From the human T2T-CHM13v2.0 reference genome, Homo sapiens, in assembly GCF_009914755.1 (NCBI RefSeq), contig NC_060927.1: a stretch of DNA of 64,000 nt; one strand, written 5' to 3'. This document shows positions 25,830-41,085 of this stretch, one piece after another. Every line of letters begins with the position of its first letter. Position 1 is the first letter of the stretch. Under the pieces are notes generated by a model that was not told the origin of the DNA, searched no databases, and saw only the letters and a list, made by a program, of their open reading frames with translations. Position numbers and translations under genes: made by a program.

Positions 25830-26510
25830 TGCCAGTCAGACGTGCATGTCAGCCTACCGGGTCGCTTCCCACTTGCCGGAGTGATTAGCTCTATTGAGCA
25901 TTTTTTCCTTGTAGCCACAAATCCTCCTAGTCATAGCACGAGAAAATCCGTGACCAGTCCAGCACCATGTCGAATTTCCTGGGAGACTTTCCTTTTCTTT
26001 GAATTACCCATTTACTCGGTGAGAAAATGCTTCGGTGGAGAGAAAGAGCCTGGCATCGAGAAGGGGAGGGGAGCGAGTCTGCCACTGGAAATGCTGAGTG
26101 GCAATTTCGTTGTAGCCAGGCTTGTCACAGGACTGATGAATGGGCCCTAGTCTAGCACGTTACAATCTCCGTCAGGTCCAAGCCGAGGCCTACCTCACCC
26201 GTGTGCATCCAGGGACGGTAGGTGGCGCTGTGGTGTTGACTGATTAAAGGAGCGCGTGATAAAATGCTATGGAGAAGTGTCTGGAAAAAACAGGGAGTGG
26301 GAGTACTGGCTTGGAGAGGGGCAAGATGAATATGCATTCTCATTCAGTGTCTTTCCAATTCAGGTGAGCATTTTCCCTTTCCGCTCTGGGCATGCACAGG
26401 AAAATCCAATTACAGATGCAAGTTACACTGGGCTCTTTCAAATCAAATTGCAGATGTGTGTCAGCGGCATCTCGCTGACTTGGACGTGCTGGGTATATCT
26501 CTCGCAATAG
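25830..26510. promoter_or_regulatory. Repeat-free CpG-enriched island, candidate cis-regulatory element
   Basis: Roughly 25 CpGs counted by eye in ~680 bp, against CpG-poor flanks. CAGATG E-boxes and a 7-bp inverted repeat gtcagcg-N6-cgctgac. Confidence 0.45.
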
Positions 26511-26994
26511 AAGTTTGGCTTCTCCTTTCCCTTCTTTCCTTTTTTCTCTCGTTTCTTCTTTCCTTCCTCAATACTCTCCTACTATCTGATTTGAATTTTG
26601 CAATCCTCCTCTTTCTGACACCCATTTAATTCAATTCAGTAGTTTTGTACCTAACATAGTTTTTTGAGACACTGTGAAGTATCTGGGGGAAAAGGGATAA
26701 AAGTAGCTTTCTTTCTTTAAATAGAAGGTAAGCTAACCATTTACTGAGCTCCTACCAGGTGCTAGGAACTGAGCTAGGTACTTGTCTACTCAATTTATCT
26801 CATTAAACTGTTTAATTTATTCGCTTATAAGCAGTTTGAGTACTTGTGTCCCAAGGGCACAGCCTGTGCCATCGGTCGTGGGGAAACAGGAGCATTAAAA
26901 GGCCCCCAGTCCTCTGTGTGTCTTCTTCCCTGCTCTGAGTCTGAGCCCTGATGCTTCAGCTGCTGATTTTTACATGGCTTCCTCTAACATCCTT

Positions 26995-27235
26995 GCAGCT
27001 CTGGAGTCAGGCTGCGTGAGCTCGGATTCTGATTCTACTGCTTCCGAGCTTTTGGAAGTTGGGCAAGTTACATAATGTCTCAGTTTTCTTATATGAGAGA
27101 ATGAGATAACCATTCCTTCTTCCAAGGATAACCATTCCTGCTTGAAAATTAAATGAGATGGTACATGCAAACATTTGGAATGACAACTGGACAATGGCAA
27201 GTACTTAATAAACTTTAGCTTTAATCATTGTCATC
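26995..27235 (+). mobile_element. MIR
   Basis: ctctggagtcaggctgc...ttgggcaagttac...tctcagttttcttatatg...attaaatgagatgg...ttaataaactttagct. Confidence 0.75.
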
Positions 27236-27689
27236 ACCATCTTCAAATTTAAAAAGTTGCTACTTTTTGAATATGTAAGGTAGTGTCTACTGCCCATGCC
27301 CCCAGATATGCCTCTGAGGTACACTCCAGGTAAAAAAAAAAAAAAAGGAGCAATTCACTTTTACTAGGAAGAATCAGGGAAAGCTGCATGGAGGAGGCTG
27401 GTTATAGCTGCCCTTGCTGTGAAGAAATTCAGAGGAAAATTTCTGAATCCAAGAGGGTCATCTACTTTACAGACAATCAAATGAGACCTGTGTCCCTTGT
27501 CCCGTGTCAATGATGTTTATGCACATTTTGCAAACCATAATCCTCTAATTAGTGGGATCCCATAATCCCCGAGGTCAAGCATGGATATTTTGGGGGCCAT
27601 AGACCCCAGGTTCAGGACTCCTGACTTGAGATCCTTTGCAAGTTCAGTGTTCTTAGTCTAAATGAAGTAAAACAATTTAAGAGAGTTTA

Positions 27690-28282
27690 GCAGGCACTGT
27701 TAGTGTCCCACTCAGTTCCTTGTTACCTTATTGGCGTTCCCCTCTCCCAGCTGCTGTGGGTGTTGCCTGCTAACGATTCACTCCTACCTTTCTTTTCCAA
27801 GGGTGGTTCTTGGCTCATGGGAGTGCCAGGCCAGGAGATAGTCCACCTTCTGCCCCGCAGACACAGAGGTGGCCCTTGGTAATGACTGAAGAGTATAGCA
27901 GTGACTGGTTCTCAGAATGGGAAGAACTGGGACTATGTGGTGGCTAGTCTGTTAGGCTAGGGGCATGGTAAGAGAGTTAGGCTGGAGGGGACTGGAGAGA
28001 CAGGAAAGGAGAGTGAATCCTTGCTGCTTCTTGACCCTGGAAGAGTACAGTAACTCGCTTCCCTTGCTATTTGGTGGTTCCAACTCTGCGATACAAACTA
28101 TATACGTTTCTGAGCCCTCATGGCACCAGGCTGAGAGCTTTCTGGAGGTATGGTTTGCCTTGATGCTCCTCTGCCCTAACCCATCTTTCTCACACCCCTG
28201 TAGGTTTCCCTGAGAGCAGTTCCTCAGTAAATCACTTGCACAAACATCTCCATCTCAGCTCTGCTTGAGGGGACCTAAAGAC
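27690..28282 (+). mobile_element. LTR16-family ERVL LTR
   Basis: cccagctgctgtgggtgttgcctgctaac...cctgagagcagttcctcagtaaatcacttgcac...ctcagctctgctt..ggggacctaaagaca. Confidence 0.65.
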
Positions 28283-30407
28283 AGAGTGGAACTCAAGGTC
28301 ATTATATGGAGGAGCTAAAACCCATGCTATAGAACGTCAGTGCAATGGTTTAGGGTGGAGGGGCAGCTGCATTGAGATCCAGCTCCTCCCTTTTGTCCCA
28401 GCTGCTTTTTTCCTTTTCTCCCACCGTTCCTACTGTCCTGTGACACTCTGGTGTCAGATTGGGACAGATGATGGGGGAGCTCACCAACAGCAAGTGGCGT
28501 AAGTGGTCACCTTGGAGCCCTCTGATTTCAGACTACAGTTTTGTCGAGCTGTAGGAAGTCTTCTGTGTAGAGACGATCCCTTAATAAGCCAGTTGAAGTG
28601 TGATGATTAATGTATTAGGGCTGGGGAGCCCCCATCCTAGCAAGCAGTCCCTTTGACAGAAGAAAACGGACTAGGCAGATAAGAGAGAAAGTGCAGAATC
28701 ACGTTCTGGTGTTCAGTTTGGCAGCCCATAGCTCATTTTAATTACTCTGAAATAATTATCTCTGGTACACAGCTGGGTTTGTCTGCGTGCAACTTGTGAG
28801 TCATTCTTCCCCATGTGAATAAATCAAGCAGGTTAGGAGGAAGGGCTGGAACCAAATGACATGTAAAAGAGGTTCTGTGGTAAAGGTTCAGAAAATGGCA
28901 AACTTTCGACCTGAAAGAAGATTGATTTGGGACATCTGGTCCTTGTGTGTGAAGCAAACAGCACTGGCTAGTGAAATCAGAAGTAGATGAGTCTTAAGGC
29001 TATTTTAGAAGAGCTGTGAGAGCTGAGCAAGGTGCATCAAGGGCTAATGTAAAAGGGACAGTTGCCAAGGAGGATCCTATAGCATAATGGTCAAGAGCTT
29101 GGGTTTTAGGAGCAGGCTGACTTGAATTGGAATCCGTATTCTATTGCTTGCCATTTAAATTACTTTGAGCATATCATGTCATCTTTCAAAGCATCAGCTT
29201 TCTATTAAGTTAGAAAATTTGTGTATGGTGCCATTTCCTTCCATGTGTGGCTTCTATTACAAGTACTAGATTTTCCTGCTGCTGCTGCTGAGGGCTTAAG
29301 GAGAGGACTGCTTGTGGGCCACCTATGCCCTGTCCATTGCCCTGGGCAGACATTACTAATCAACTCAACTCTCTTCACAGTTGGGCCTGATTGTGGAGTC
29401 AGAGATATTTTCTAATAGCACTTCCAGCAGCTACCCCCTATCTAACCAACTTGGCATGTTAATTGAAAGCAAATAACCACTTTGGGTTAAAAATGTTTCT
29501 CTTCTTTGATGTTTGATATTTCCTATCTGTAAAACCAGACATTTGAAGAAGATGATCACTAAAGGCCTTTCTCATTTGATATTCCAGTGTTTTAAGAGAT
29601 AGAGAAGTGGATCATTGGGGATTGGATTATTTCAGCTCCCACCCTTTGTTTATTTGATGCTCTGCACACAATCAAGAACTCAGTTTGTAAGGTGGGGCTG
29701 CTTATGAGAAAGGTGGGAACAAGACCAGGAAACCAAGAGCCAGGAAGCAGTGAGGATCCACACCCTCATCTCCTGTCTCCCCAGTCCCCTTCAGCCTGGC
29801 TCTTACCATGTCCCTAACCTAATAGACTAGCTCCCACATAGTCCCAGATGGTCTCACTCTGAGAACCAGTCACTGGCTTCTGCTCTCATAGGATGGATTC
29901 ATCATAGGATGGAAATGAAGGTTTGTATCCAAGACAGAAGCTGCCTCCATTTCAAAGTCATCTCCTCTGTGGGCCCTGAGTATTTGATTGCTCATTGGCC
30001 TCCTTGTCTAACCTGCAGATCTGCTAGTTGTCACTGGCCTGACCCTCGCTTTTCAATAATAGAGCTTACATTGTTCTTAAAGATCCACTTAACTTTTATA
30101 TTATATAGTTAATATGCTTTAATGGCCAGGAAAATTAGAAAATATAGATAAACCAAAAGTCAGTTCACTGTTAAAATGTGGTTGCTTATTATCTTTTACT
30201 GCATATATGTGTACATTTATTTAAGATCATATTTTATAAACACTTCTTAATGAACATCTTTCTGCTTATAAATGGTCTATCTTATTGTTTAGAATACTGT
30301 CATTCTGATTTAATTTGTCCCTCTGCTATGACTCTCCTTTTGTTCAATTCAATTAAACATTTATTGAGTACCTGCTCGGTGCTGAGTGCTTATAGTCTCT
30401 GTGCCCC

Positions 30408-30754
30408 TGTATTAGTCCATTTTCATGCGCTGTAAAGAACTCCCTAAGACTGGGTAATTTATAAATAAAAGACTCACAGTTTTCCATGGCTGGGGAGGCC
30501 TCAGGAAACTTACAATAAGAAGGCAAAGGGGAAGCAAGGCATGTCTTACATGGTGGCAGCAGAGAGACAGTGAAGGGAGAAGTGCCACAATTTTAAACTA
30601 TATCAGATCTTGTGAGAACTCTTTCACTATCATGAGAACAGCAGCAGGGAAACCTGCCCCTGTGATTCAGTCATCTCCCACCAGGCCCCTCCCCTGAAAT
30701 GGGATTATAATTTGAGATGAGATTTGGGTGGGGATGCACAGCCCAACCCTATTA
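30408..30754 (-). mobile_element. THE1D/MST-type MaLR solo LTR inserted in an L2
   Basis: tgtattagtccattttc...gaggcctcaggaaacttacaat...gagatttgggtgggga. 5-bp TSD GCCCC at 30403-30407 and 30755-30759. Confidence 0.88.
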
Positions 30755-31007
30755 GCCCCTAAGGAACCTGGAGCCTGGTAGGAGCAAACAGATATAAAAT
30801 AATGAATTATGATATACCTTGACAAACATTAGTAGAGACACGAAGTTTTACAGGAACACAGGCTGCTGAATGCTGAGTTGAGCCCAGGAGGAGGATGAAG
30901 GAGCCTTTCAAGGGAGAATGTCATTCAAACAGAACCTGTGAGGATGCATGGGCCTGTGAAGGAGCCGGCTTGCTTGAGGTTAGGGTGTGCAGAGGGGCAT
31001 GGATTGG

Positions 31008-31481
31008 TGTGATGGTTGATTTCATACATCAAGTTGACTGGGCCAGGGAGCGCCCAGATGAAACATCATTCTGGTGTGTCTGGGAGGGTGTTGCAGGATG
31101 AGATTAGATTTCAGTTGGTAACCCCAGTAAAGTGGATCACAATGTGGGTGAACATCATCCAGTCTATTGAGGGCCTGAATAGAACAAAAGGTGGAGGAAG
31201 GAGAGACATTTACCCCGTTTTCTCCTGTCCAGCTGCTTCAGCTGGGACATCTCTCATCTCATCCTCTCCTGCCATCAGATTAGGATTTACTCCATCAGCT
31301 CCCCCAGTTCTCAGGCCTTGAGACTTGGCCTGAATTACACCACTGGGATTCCTGGGTCTCCAGCTTGCAGATGGCAGTTCATGGGACTTCTCAGCCTTCA
31401 TCGTTACACGAGTCAGTTCCTCATAATCGATAAATCTGTCTCCTATTGGTCCTGTTTCCCTGTCAAACCCTGACTAACACA
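31008..31481 (+). mobile_element. MLT2B-type ERVL LTR
   Basis: tgtgatggttgattt..catcaagttgactgggcc...cctattggtcctgtttccctg..aaaccctgactaacaca. Confidence 0.85.
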
Positions 31482-31678
31482 AGTGCTAAAGAGAAGCAGA
31501 AGCAGGGGTTATAAATGTTCTTTTTCATGACCATGTCCTCTGTCATGTAGTAGGTAATTAATTAACATGCAATAGGCGAATCAATCACTCCAACATTTCC
31601 CCCACATCCCCTTTCTGAACCTTGGTCTCAGGGTAGGAGTTGCATGTATCCAACCAGACTTAGTGACTCATAGATGGC

Positions 31679-32115
31679 CTGTGGGCAGATACTGCCTGTG
31701 TTCCTCCTACAGCCCTTTAGACTTTCCATCATATTTCACGTAGGGCAGACTTTCAGTTGTCAGCTTCTGCTTCTGTTGTCTTGCAGGCTGCCTTGGTGGT
31801 TTGAGCACACTCTGCTCCTGGTGTTGGAGAATTAGTGCCCTCTGGGAACAGCCATCGTCCAGTGACTTACTAGAGGCAGTTTGTAAATACCATGGCTCTT
31901 TCGCCCCTACGAGGGATAACTTGGGGATACTCTGAGCCCCAGAGTTTCCTGGGGATATTAAACTCCAGTTACCCCCTAATAATAACTTGCTTTTTACTGG
32001 TTATTTTTGTTTCCCTGTCTCATTCTCAACTCCCCTACTGGTGTTTTCTAGGATTCTGTTTTAAATAAATTACTTGCACTCAAATTCTTGTCTCAAGGTC
32101 TGCTTCTTGAGAAGC
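31679..32115 (+). mobile_element. LTR16-family ERVL LTR
   Basis: ccccagagtttcc..ggggatattaaactccagtt...aataaattacttgcactcaaattcttgtctcaaggtctgcttct. Confidence 0.7.
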
Positions 32116-32794
32116 GATGGCGCTGTGTGACCCTATGGAACAAGCCAGAGATGGCTGACTGGTTTTTCAGCAATTCTGTCTGGTTAAAATTACCTGCACC
32201 AGAACTGAGTTCATAAACTTGATGTCTTTTTTTTTTTTCCTGGACTCGATTTCCTGATGGCGCAGAGTGCGATAAACTCATATGCATTCCTAGACAGGGT
32301 ATAGCAAAAGGAGCCTGTTTCCATGCATCATGAGATAACGTAGATATCATCAGAAGGCATTTGCTAGGATCTGAAGCAATAGTAAACCCTGTCTTGCCTT
32401 CATTACTGCATCTGCCAAGCTTTCTTTGATAAAAAATGACTCTAGAAGTGAAAATATTAGTGTATAACTACATCTCAGCTGACTGAAAAAGAGGTGCTTG
32501 TATTTGAATTACATAAAGGATGCAAATTCTGTGACAAAAATGGTTCTGTTAGGGAACGAAGAAGGACTTTTTAATGCCTTTGCATCTGAGACATTATTTT
32601 TATGTGTTGCTTTTTTTTTATTTCTAGCACAAGCAATTTTCATGTCAAGGACCCTATGTTAGGACAGGTTCAAAAGTGAAGGGTGTTCAGTTTTGGCTGG
32701 GAAGAGATGTGATCAAAGATTGTAAAATCATCGTGCCAGTGTGTTCACATAAATTAATCTTCCCCAAGACACCCTGAGATAAATAGCATTACTA

Positions 32795-33101
32795 GGCTGG
32801 GCGCGGTGGCTCAGGCCTGTAATCTCAGCACTTTGGGAGGCCGAGGCGGGGCGGATCATGAGGTCAGGAGATCGAGACCATCCTGGCTAACATGGTGAAA
32901 CCCCGTCTCTACTAAAAATACAAAAAAAATTAGCCGGGCGAGGTGGTGGGCACCTGCAGTCCCAGCTACTCGGGAGGCTGAGGCAGGAGAATGGCGTAAC
33001 CCGGGAGGTGGAGCTTGCAGTGAGCTGAGATTGTGCCACTGCACTCCAGCCTGGGTGACAGAGCGAGACTCTGTCTCAAAAAAAAAAAAAAAAAAAAAAA
33101 A
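32795..33101 (+). mobile_element. AluY
   Basis: gagatcgagaccatcctggctaac and gaatggcgt..ggagcttgcagtgagc. Long pure A tail. TSD aaat(a/t)gcattact. Confidence 0.95.
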
Positions 33102-33324
33102 ATTGCATTACTGCAGTTTGGGAAATGGAATCCAGTGAGTAAGTGTTGAAGCTGGGAATTAAACCCTGGTCAGTGTGATTCTGGTGCCTGTGTTATGTCC
33201 ACCTCATCTAAGCAATTCCCCTAATTCCTCAATAATGGGTTTTTAGATGTACATTCCTCTTGGTTAGAATGTAGTGCCCTTTGCATAGAAAAGAGACCAA
33301 ATTTGATGAACCAGTAGGATTTCT

Positions 33325-34210
33325 GTCATTCATTTGATATAATTATATTATGAGCTCCTAATATGTATGCTTTGTTAGATGCTAGGGAGACTTGTGAATG
33401 AATCAGATATGCTCCCAGTCCTTGTGAAGTTTACATGCTATGATAAAGCATAAGCACGCAAGTAAGCACGATGATTTAAAGTAGAGGGAATAATCTAGAT
33501 TGGGTGGCCAGAGGCAAGGGGTTCTTAATGCTAGATCCAGAATGGCAAAGGTCTGGAGAAGGGTCCCAAGCAGAGGGAACAGGATGCCCTACACAGATCC
33601 TGAACTGGGAGCAAAAATCAGTGTGACTCCCGCAATGTGGGCAGGAGGCAGACTCAGACAGAGAGGTGTGGTGGGGTAAGAGCTAGTTCATTTAGGGTTT
33701 TGTAGACTAAAGGAAGAAAGTTTGGATTTTCTTCCAGCTGTAAAGATCAATTATTGAGCTTTTTTTTAGAAGGGGATGGATGGCCTGATCTGATTTATAC
33801 TTTAAAAGAGGGCTTAGTAAACTGTAAATAGCTGAATGACAAGTATTTCTGCTTGAGCATGAAAACAGCCATCGACAATGTAAAATAAATGGGTGCATTC
33901 CAATCAAATGTTACTTATAAAAACAAATGGTCAACTCAGGTTTTAAAGGGTTGCTTTAAACTGTGAGATTATAGAGGGAAAAGGATGGAATCCTGAGACC
34001 AGTAAGGAGGCTATTGCAGGATTTTTGGCAAGAGGTAATGGTAGCTTGCACCATGGTGGTAATACATGAGGTAGGGAGAGGACTGACTTGGAGGGGAAGA
34101 TGAGCGTTTCCTGAAGGACTGGATGTGAGAGTTGAAGAAAGAAGACACATGAATGACATTTTTTGAGCATGGACAACTGGGTAGTTGGTACCATTTACTG
34201 ATATGGTAAA
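33325..34210 (-). mobile_element. L2 fragment with a small MER58-like insert (~33815-33935)
   Basis: cattcatttg...ccagtccttgtgaagtttaca...gagaccagtaaggaggctattgcag...ggactggatgtg. Insert carries aaaacagccatcgacaatgtaaaataaatggg. Confidence 0.65.
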
Positions 34211-34575
34211 TGTTAAGGGAGGAGCAGGTTCTTTACTTCCAAAGTCAAGTCTAGGTCTGGTTTTAGCATCCGTAGTTGGGGTTTTGTTAATGACTGCTTT
34301 GTCAAAACTGAAAATCTACCAGGAATCTCTACTTTCATGTAAAAGGATTTTCAAAAGGACTATATGAAAATGCTTTTGGATTGATTGCATGGGAACTAGA
34401 AATATGAAAGTATGTCACATTGTGGCTCTGATTCAGGTATACTTAGGCAGTGTAAATCCCCCATGCCCCACCAATTCGGAAGCACTGGAGTGAGGAGATA
34501 CTGACAATTTAGTGGTGTGTGCCCCACAGGAAGTATCACACTGCTATATTTAAAATAGATGCTTAGTATATGTTA

Positions 34576-34896
<321 letters not shown>

Positions 34897-35353
34897 TTAA
34901 ATATGCCTTTATGCTTTATTAGGGATCATGTGGTTCTGGTTTATATACAATGGGGTTGGGGCTTATATTATCTTTGACTTTTTTTGTCCAATACATTCAG
35001 GGTAAATGTAATTATAATGCTTTAAAGTATAATAGAAGTAAATGTTTCCCTTTACTTTTCACTTTCCCTGATGTGATTTTTATTCATGTGTATGCTGAGC
35101 TGGCTAAAATGCCCCAGGTCACGTACAGAAATCCTTAAGGAAAATGTGTATTCCTGAGATACGTGAACTTGGATATATTACATGGCTAGGAATTTCCCCC
35201 TTATATTGCAGAAACATAAACTTTGGGGCAAAGTATTTATGTTTGAATAATTCCTGGGACATCAAGAACCAGATGACTAAAGGTAGATCGAGGGATGATT
35301 CTGTAGTATCACAATAAAATTCTGTGAATTTATAGTAAAATTCTTTTGCATAG

Positions 35354-35697
<344 letters not shown>

Positions 35698-37923
35698 CCA
35701 CTGAGATCTTTAGGAAGATGTTTATAACATCATATAAGGTACGTCTTCATACTCAGACCATTTCCAGAGCAGTCATGACTTTTGGAAGATTCTGGGTTTT
35801 GGGGGCAACTTAAAATATGACAGAGATCCTCTGTGGGGCAGAATCTCAGGATAATTTATTGGTTGCATGACACCCCATGTTCTATAGGAACCAAGGATGA
35901 GTGCTCTGATCCATACCTTATTCAGAATAAGAAGCTTCCAGGGGGATTTTCTAAAATAACTTTCCCAGTTTCTTCTCCAATTGTTAGTTCCTTTCCAATC
36001 ATGCTAATTCATAAAATAAAAGGGAGGGGAGGAGAGGTTCCTGGACCAGCTTATGCAGGGGACTTGTTGACGCAGCTTTGCTCTTTGCTATTGCAACTGG
36101 TCCATGACAGATTTCCTTGGCACCCCTTGCTACCTATTGGGAATGCTGAAACTCCTAATTTTTTATGCCAGAGTGGGCAAAAACATAGCCTATACTTTTG
36201 CTTTAACATTCCCCTGAGTTATACCTTAACACATTATTGCACTAAAGTTCTTGTTCTCCAGGATTGTTAATAATTCTAAGTTCTAGAGGCATGTTTACTT
36301 ACCAGATCTATTCTAATATGATTAACTGTAAATGAAAAGAACAAAGTGTAGATTTTCTGCAGCAAGTTGTAGCAAGGTGGAAACTGGAGAAGGAAAGCTG
36401 CTGAAAGTTGTTTGAGTTATGAAACCTTCATCTAAATAATCTCAAAGTGCTATATGATTACTAATGTTATTTTCCTACCTACCTATAATGATGTTCAGCA
36501 AGTTGCATATTCATAACCATCAGATATTTTTAGAACTGCCAACCTGAAAATACATTCACTGGCAATGGCTCTGTAAACCAGTTTCTTAGCAATACTGTCA
36601 GTTCTTGGCTTATGTGAGTAGCTCAAAGTTATATGAATTTTGTTATTCTTATTGTTCATGTAATTTCTTTTACAGTTGGGTTAATTTTTAATGTATTTTG
36701 TGTCTGTTCACTTCTGTTAACCCACATGGTCATGCTACTTTCTTATTTTATATTCAAACTGAAGAGTTCCTTGGGATTTGGCTTACTGAAGTGACCTAGG
36801 TTCTTTAGTTGTTGGTTAAGCCAACCTTAATTATATAATCATTCTTTTTGGTAAGCACTTGGTGAGGATCTGTTGAATGGGAGAGGTTATCATCAGAGTC
36901 CCCACTCTGGGAAGATATGTATCCATCCCTTTAATGGTCTTTTGATAAGTTTTCTAAATGAGTTGTGATACATAATTATATGTATGTGTATTTGTATTTA
37001 TTTTGAATAGGTAATAATACATTCTCATGGTTTTTAAGAAATTACAAGCATCACACAGCAAAAGGATTTTCTCTTATCTCTGTCTCCCTTCTGCCCTTTC
37101 TTCATGACTCCCAAAGACTATACATTCTTTAATGTCCTGCCGGAGATGTTTTCATGCATATACAGGCAGATAAAATACATACTCTCTCCTTCTCTCATAC
37201 AGTTGATGACATCACATACACTGTTTTAACCTTGTTTTTATTTTTCTTCCACCCAATAACATACCTTACAGATTTTAAAAATAACTGCACGTAGCTCCAC
37301 GGTTAACTAGACCATGCTTCTTCATCTTATGCAGAAATTTATCACGAGGGATTGAAAAACAGTTGGATGAAGTTGAGATCTGTCTAAGCCATTTCTCTTG
37401 TCTCTTGATAAATGCCCATTGTGTGTCTGTATGAAAAAGGGCAAGATAGTGTGGCCACATTATCGAAAAGTCAGTTAAGTTAGTATAGCCTGATTTAATC
37501 TTAGGGAGCCATGTTCTAGAGAGAGGCATTTTCATTTCTAAATGCTCTTGAGACATCTTTAAAAATATTTCATGTCGAATTGTGCTGACAACCAACCTCT
37601 AGGCAGCAGTTACTCTTTCAAAATCCTCCTCTCCATTCTTCTTTCTGGAAGCTCTCCCATCCCCTGTGAATGCTGGAGGATTCCCGAGGGTGTGCCTGTA
37701 TAGCAACTATCAGCTCTTGCAGAAGACTGTGTGTGTGTTTCCTGGCTGTGAGCCTCAATCTCCTACGATGTATAACTTCCTTAGCTACTTTAGGCTTCTA
37801 GTCCCTCTTAACTGCAGTTACTTTATCAGACAGATGATAATTCTATTGTTACTATTTGCACAACTCTAGGAGGTGCCATTCACAATGTAGCCACCATAGA
37901 TTAGTATTTTTATACTAATAATA

Positions 37924-38255
37924 CAGTAGTGCCTCCTTATCCATGTTTCATTTTCTGCAGTTTCAGTTACTTGTGGTCAACTGTGGTCTGAAAATAGGTG
38001 AGTATTTTACCGTGTAATAAGATATTTTGAGAGACAGAGCGACCATATTCATATAACTTGTATTACAGTGTACTTAATTGTTCTGTTTTATTAGTATTGT
38101 TGTTAATCTCTTACTATGGCTAATTTACAAATTAAACTTTGTGATAGGTATGTATATATAGAAAAATAGGTAGTGTATATAGGGTTCAGTATTATCTGTG
38201 GTTTCAGGCATCCACTGGGGGTCTGGGAACATATCCCCTGTGGATAGGGCTGCTG
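37924..38255 (+). mobile_element. MER44A (Tigger-family MITE)
   Basis: TA|cagtagtgcctccttatcc...ggcatccactgggggtctgggaacatatcccctgtggatagggctgctg|TA. Confidence 0.8.
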
Positions 38256-38819
38256 TATGTACTATACATAACTATATTATGTTATATGTGATATATAAGA
38301 TAATATTCAAAATAATATATAACTTATACATATTCTGTATGAATTTTTATATATATGTGTATGAAGACATACTTGTTATGACAATTTTCTAGCAGGTTAT
38401 TGTCAAGTGTCTTGAGACAGGGATGCTTTTCCATTATTTGCACAAATAGTACATCAAGATGGGTGGTCCCGTTCTCTGTGGTAAAGATGTAAGCAAGTTA
38501 GGAATTGACACTCCATGCTCTTTGGCTGGTGTCTATTATCATTTCCACTAAGAATCTATGCATGAGTGTATCCCTGTCTTGCTGTTCTTTTTCCACACAT
38601 ACATGACAAATTCTGTTTTATCGTTCTTAAAATATTTCTAAAGTCTAAGTTCATTTTCTGCTTTTCTTTCTTGAGATTCCTGTGGACTGAGTTCATCTTA
38701 TGTGTTTGTCTTCCACTATAACTCCCTTTGTCAATTTGTCAAAGCTGCAGAGACTATGCTACGTCATGGGCCTCATAGCGAGGACTGAGTAAGTCCTGTA
38801 GGTGCGTACCCTAAAGTGC

Positions 38820-39350
38820 TGATCAATGCTATGGTATAAATAAGTACAGAGCACATAGGGAAGACACAGTAACATCCCAGCACATTGGCCTTTTGAGTTG
38901 AATCCTAAAAGATGTGTAGGAAATTTCAATAGGAGAAGAATGTTATGGGCATTTAAGGCAAAAATATGAAAATGAGCAACGTGACATATGAAAATGAGCA
39001 ACGTGACATCCTGAAGGAGGATGGCAGAAAGAGGGAAAATAAACCTAGAATAATTGAGCTAGGTCAGATTATAAAGGGCCTTGAATGGGAATTTGGGAAG
39101 TCTCCTGAAGGCAGCAAGGAATTATTACAGGGTTTTAAGTTGCAATGTCATGAAATGAGAGTTCAGTTTCAGACAAGTCATTACCATTATTATTTTCTTA
39201 GGATATTAGACACATTTTAAGACTTTGTTGCTAGAATGCAAGAGAGAAAAGCTGAGAAGCTGCATTAGGGCAATGACAGTGGATGCCAAAAAAGGGAAGG
39301 GGACCAGTTCTAAAGACAATCTAAGGAAAAAGAATCAGCAAGCTTTTAGT
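38820..39350 (-). mobile_element. L2 fragment (contains a perfect 22-bp tandem duplication)
   Basis: gccttttgagttgaatcctaaaagatg...aggtcagattataaagggccttgaatg...cagggttttaag. Confidence 0.55.
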
Positions 39351-39559
39351 GATGTTGAAAATACATTAAAAAGAAGTTAACCTTCAGAGTGAGTGCCCTA
39401 AAAACCACTTTAGTTTTTTAGATTCCTCCACCTTATCATACTGAGTGAACAGTTTTCAATTCTATTGTCAACTTATTTTTAAATGTCTTGTGCCATTTAG
39501 CCATTTCTCCCTTTAGAGTTTGAGGGATCATACCCACAGTTTCTTAGAATCTTTTAAAT

Positions 39560-40900
<1,341 letters not shown>

Positions 40901-41085
40901 TCAGTGGTACATATTTAACCTCAAAGTTTTGGTTAGTTGTGTTGTTGTTGTTGCCTTTAACTAAGTGCACCAGGAATACCATGTAGTAAAAGGGCCATTG
41001 GGGCTGTGGAAAAATTGCACTCCTCCTGGTCCCTTTTGAAATAAATCCACATAGAAGTTATAGGAGATAACATCCATGTACCTAT

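Noticed and set aside
26705-26735. Possible 3-nt microexon (tttaaatag|AAG|gtaagc)
   Set aside because: The donor-like text overlaps the end of an antisense MIR (agctaaccatttactgagc), so it is most likely coincidental.
35833-36270. 145-aa + strand ORF in non-repeat sequence
   Set aside because: GTG start, no recognisable domain, no convincing flanking splice sites. An ORF of this length can occur by chance in 64 kb.
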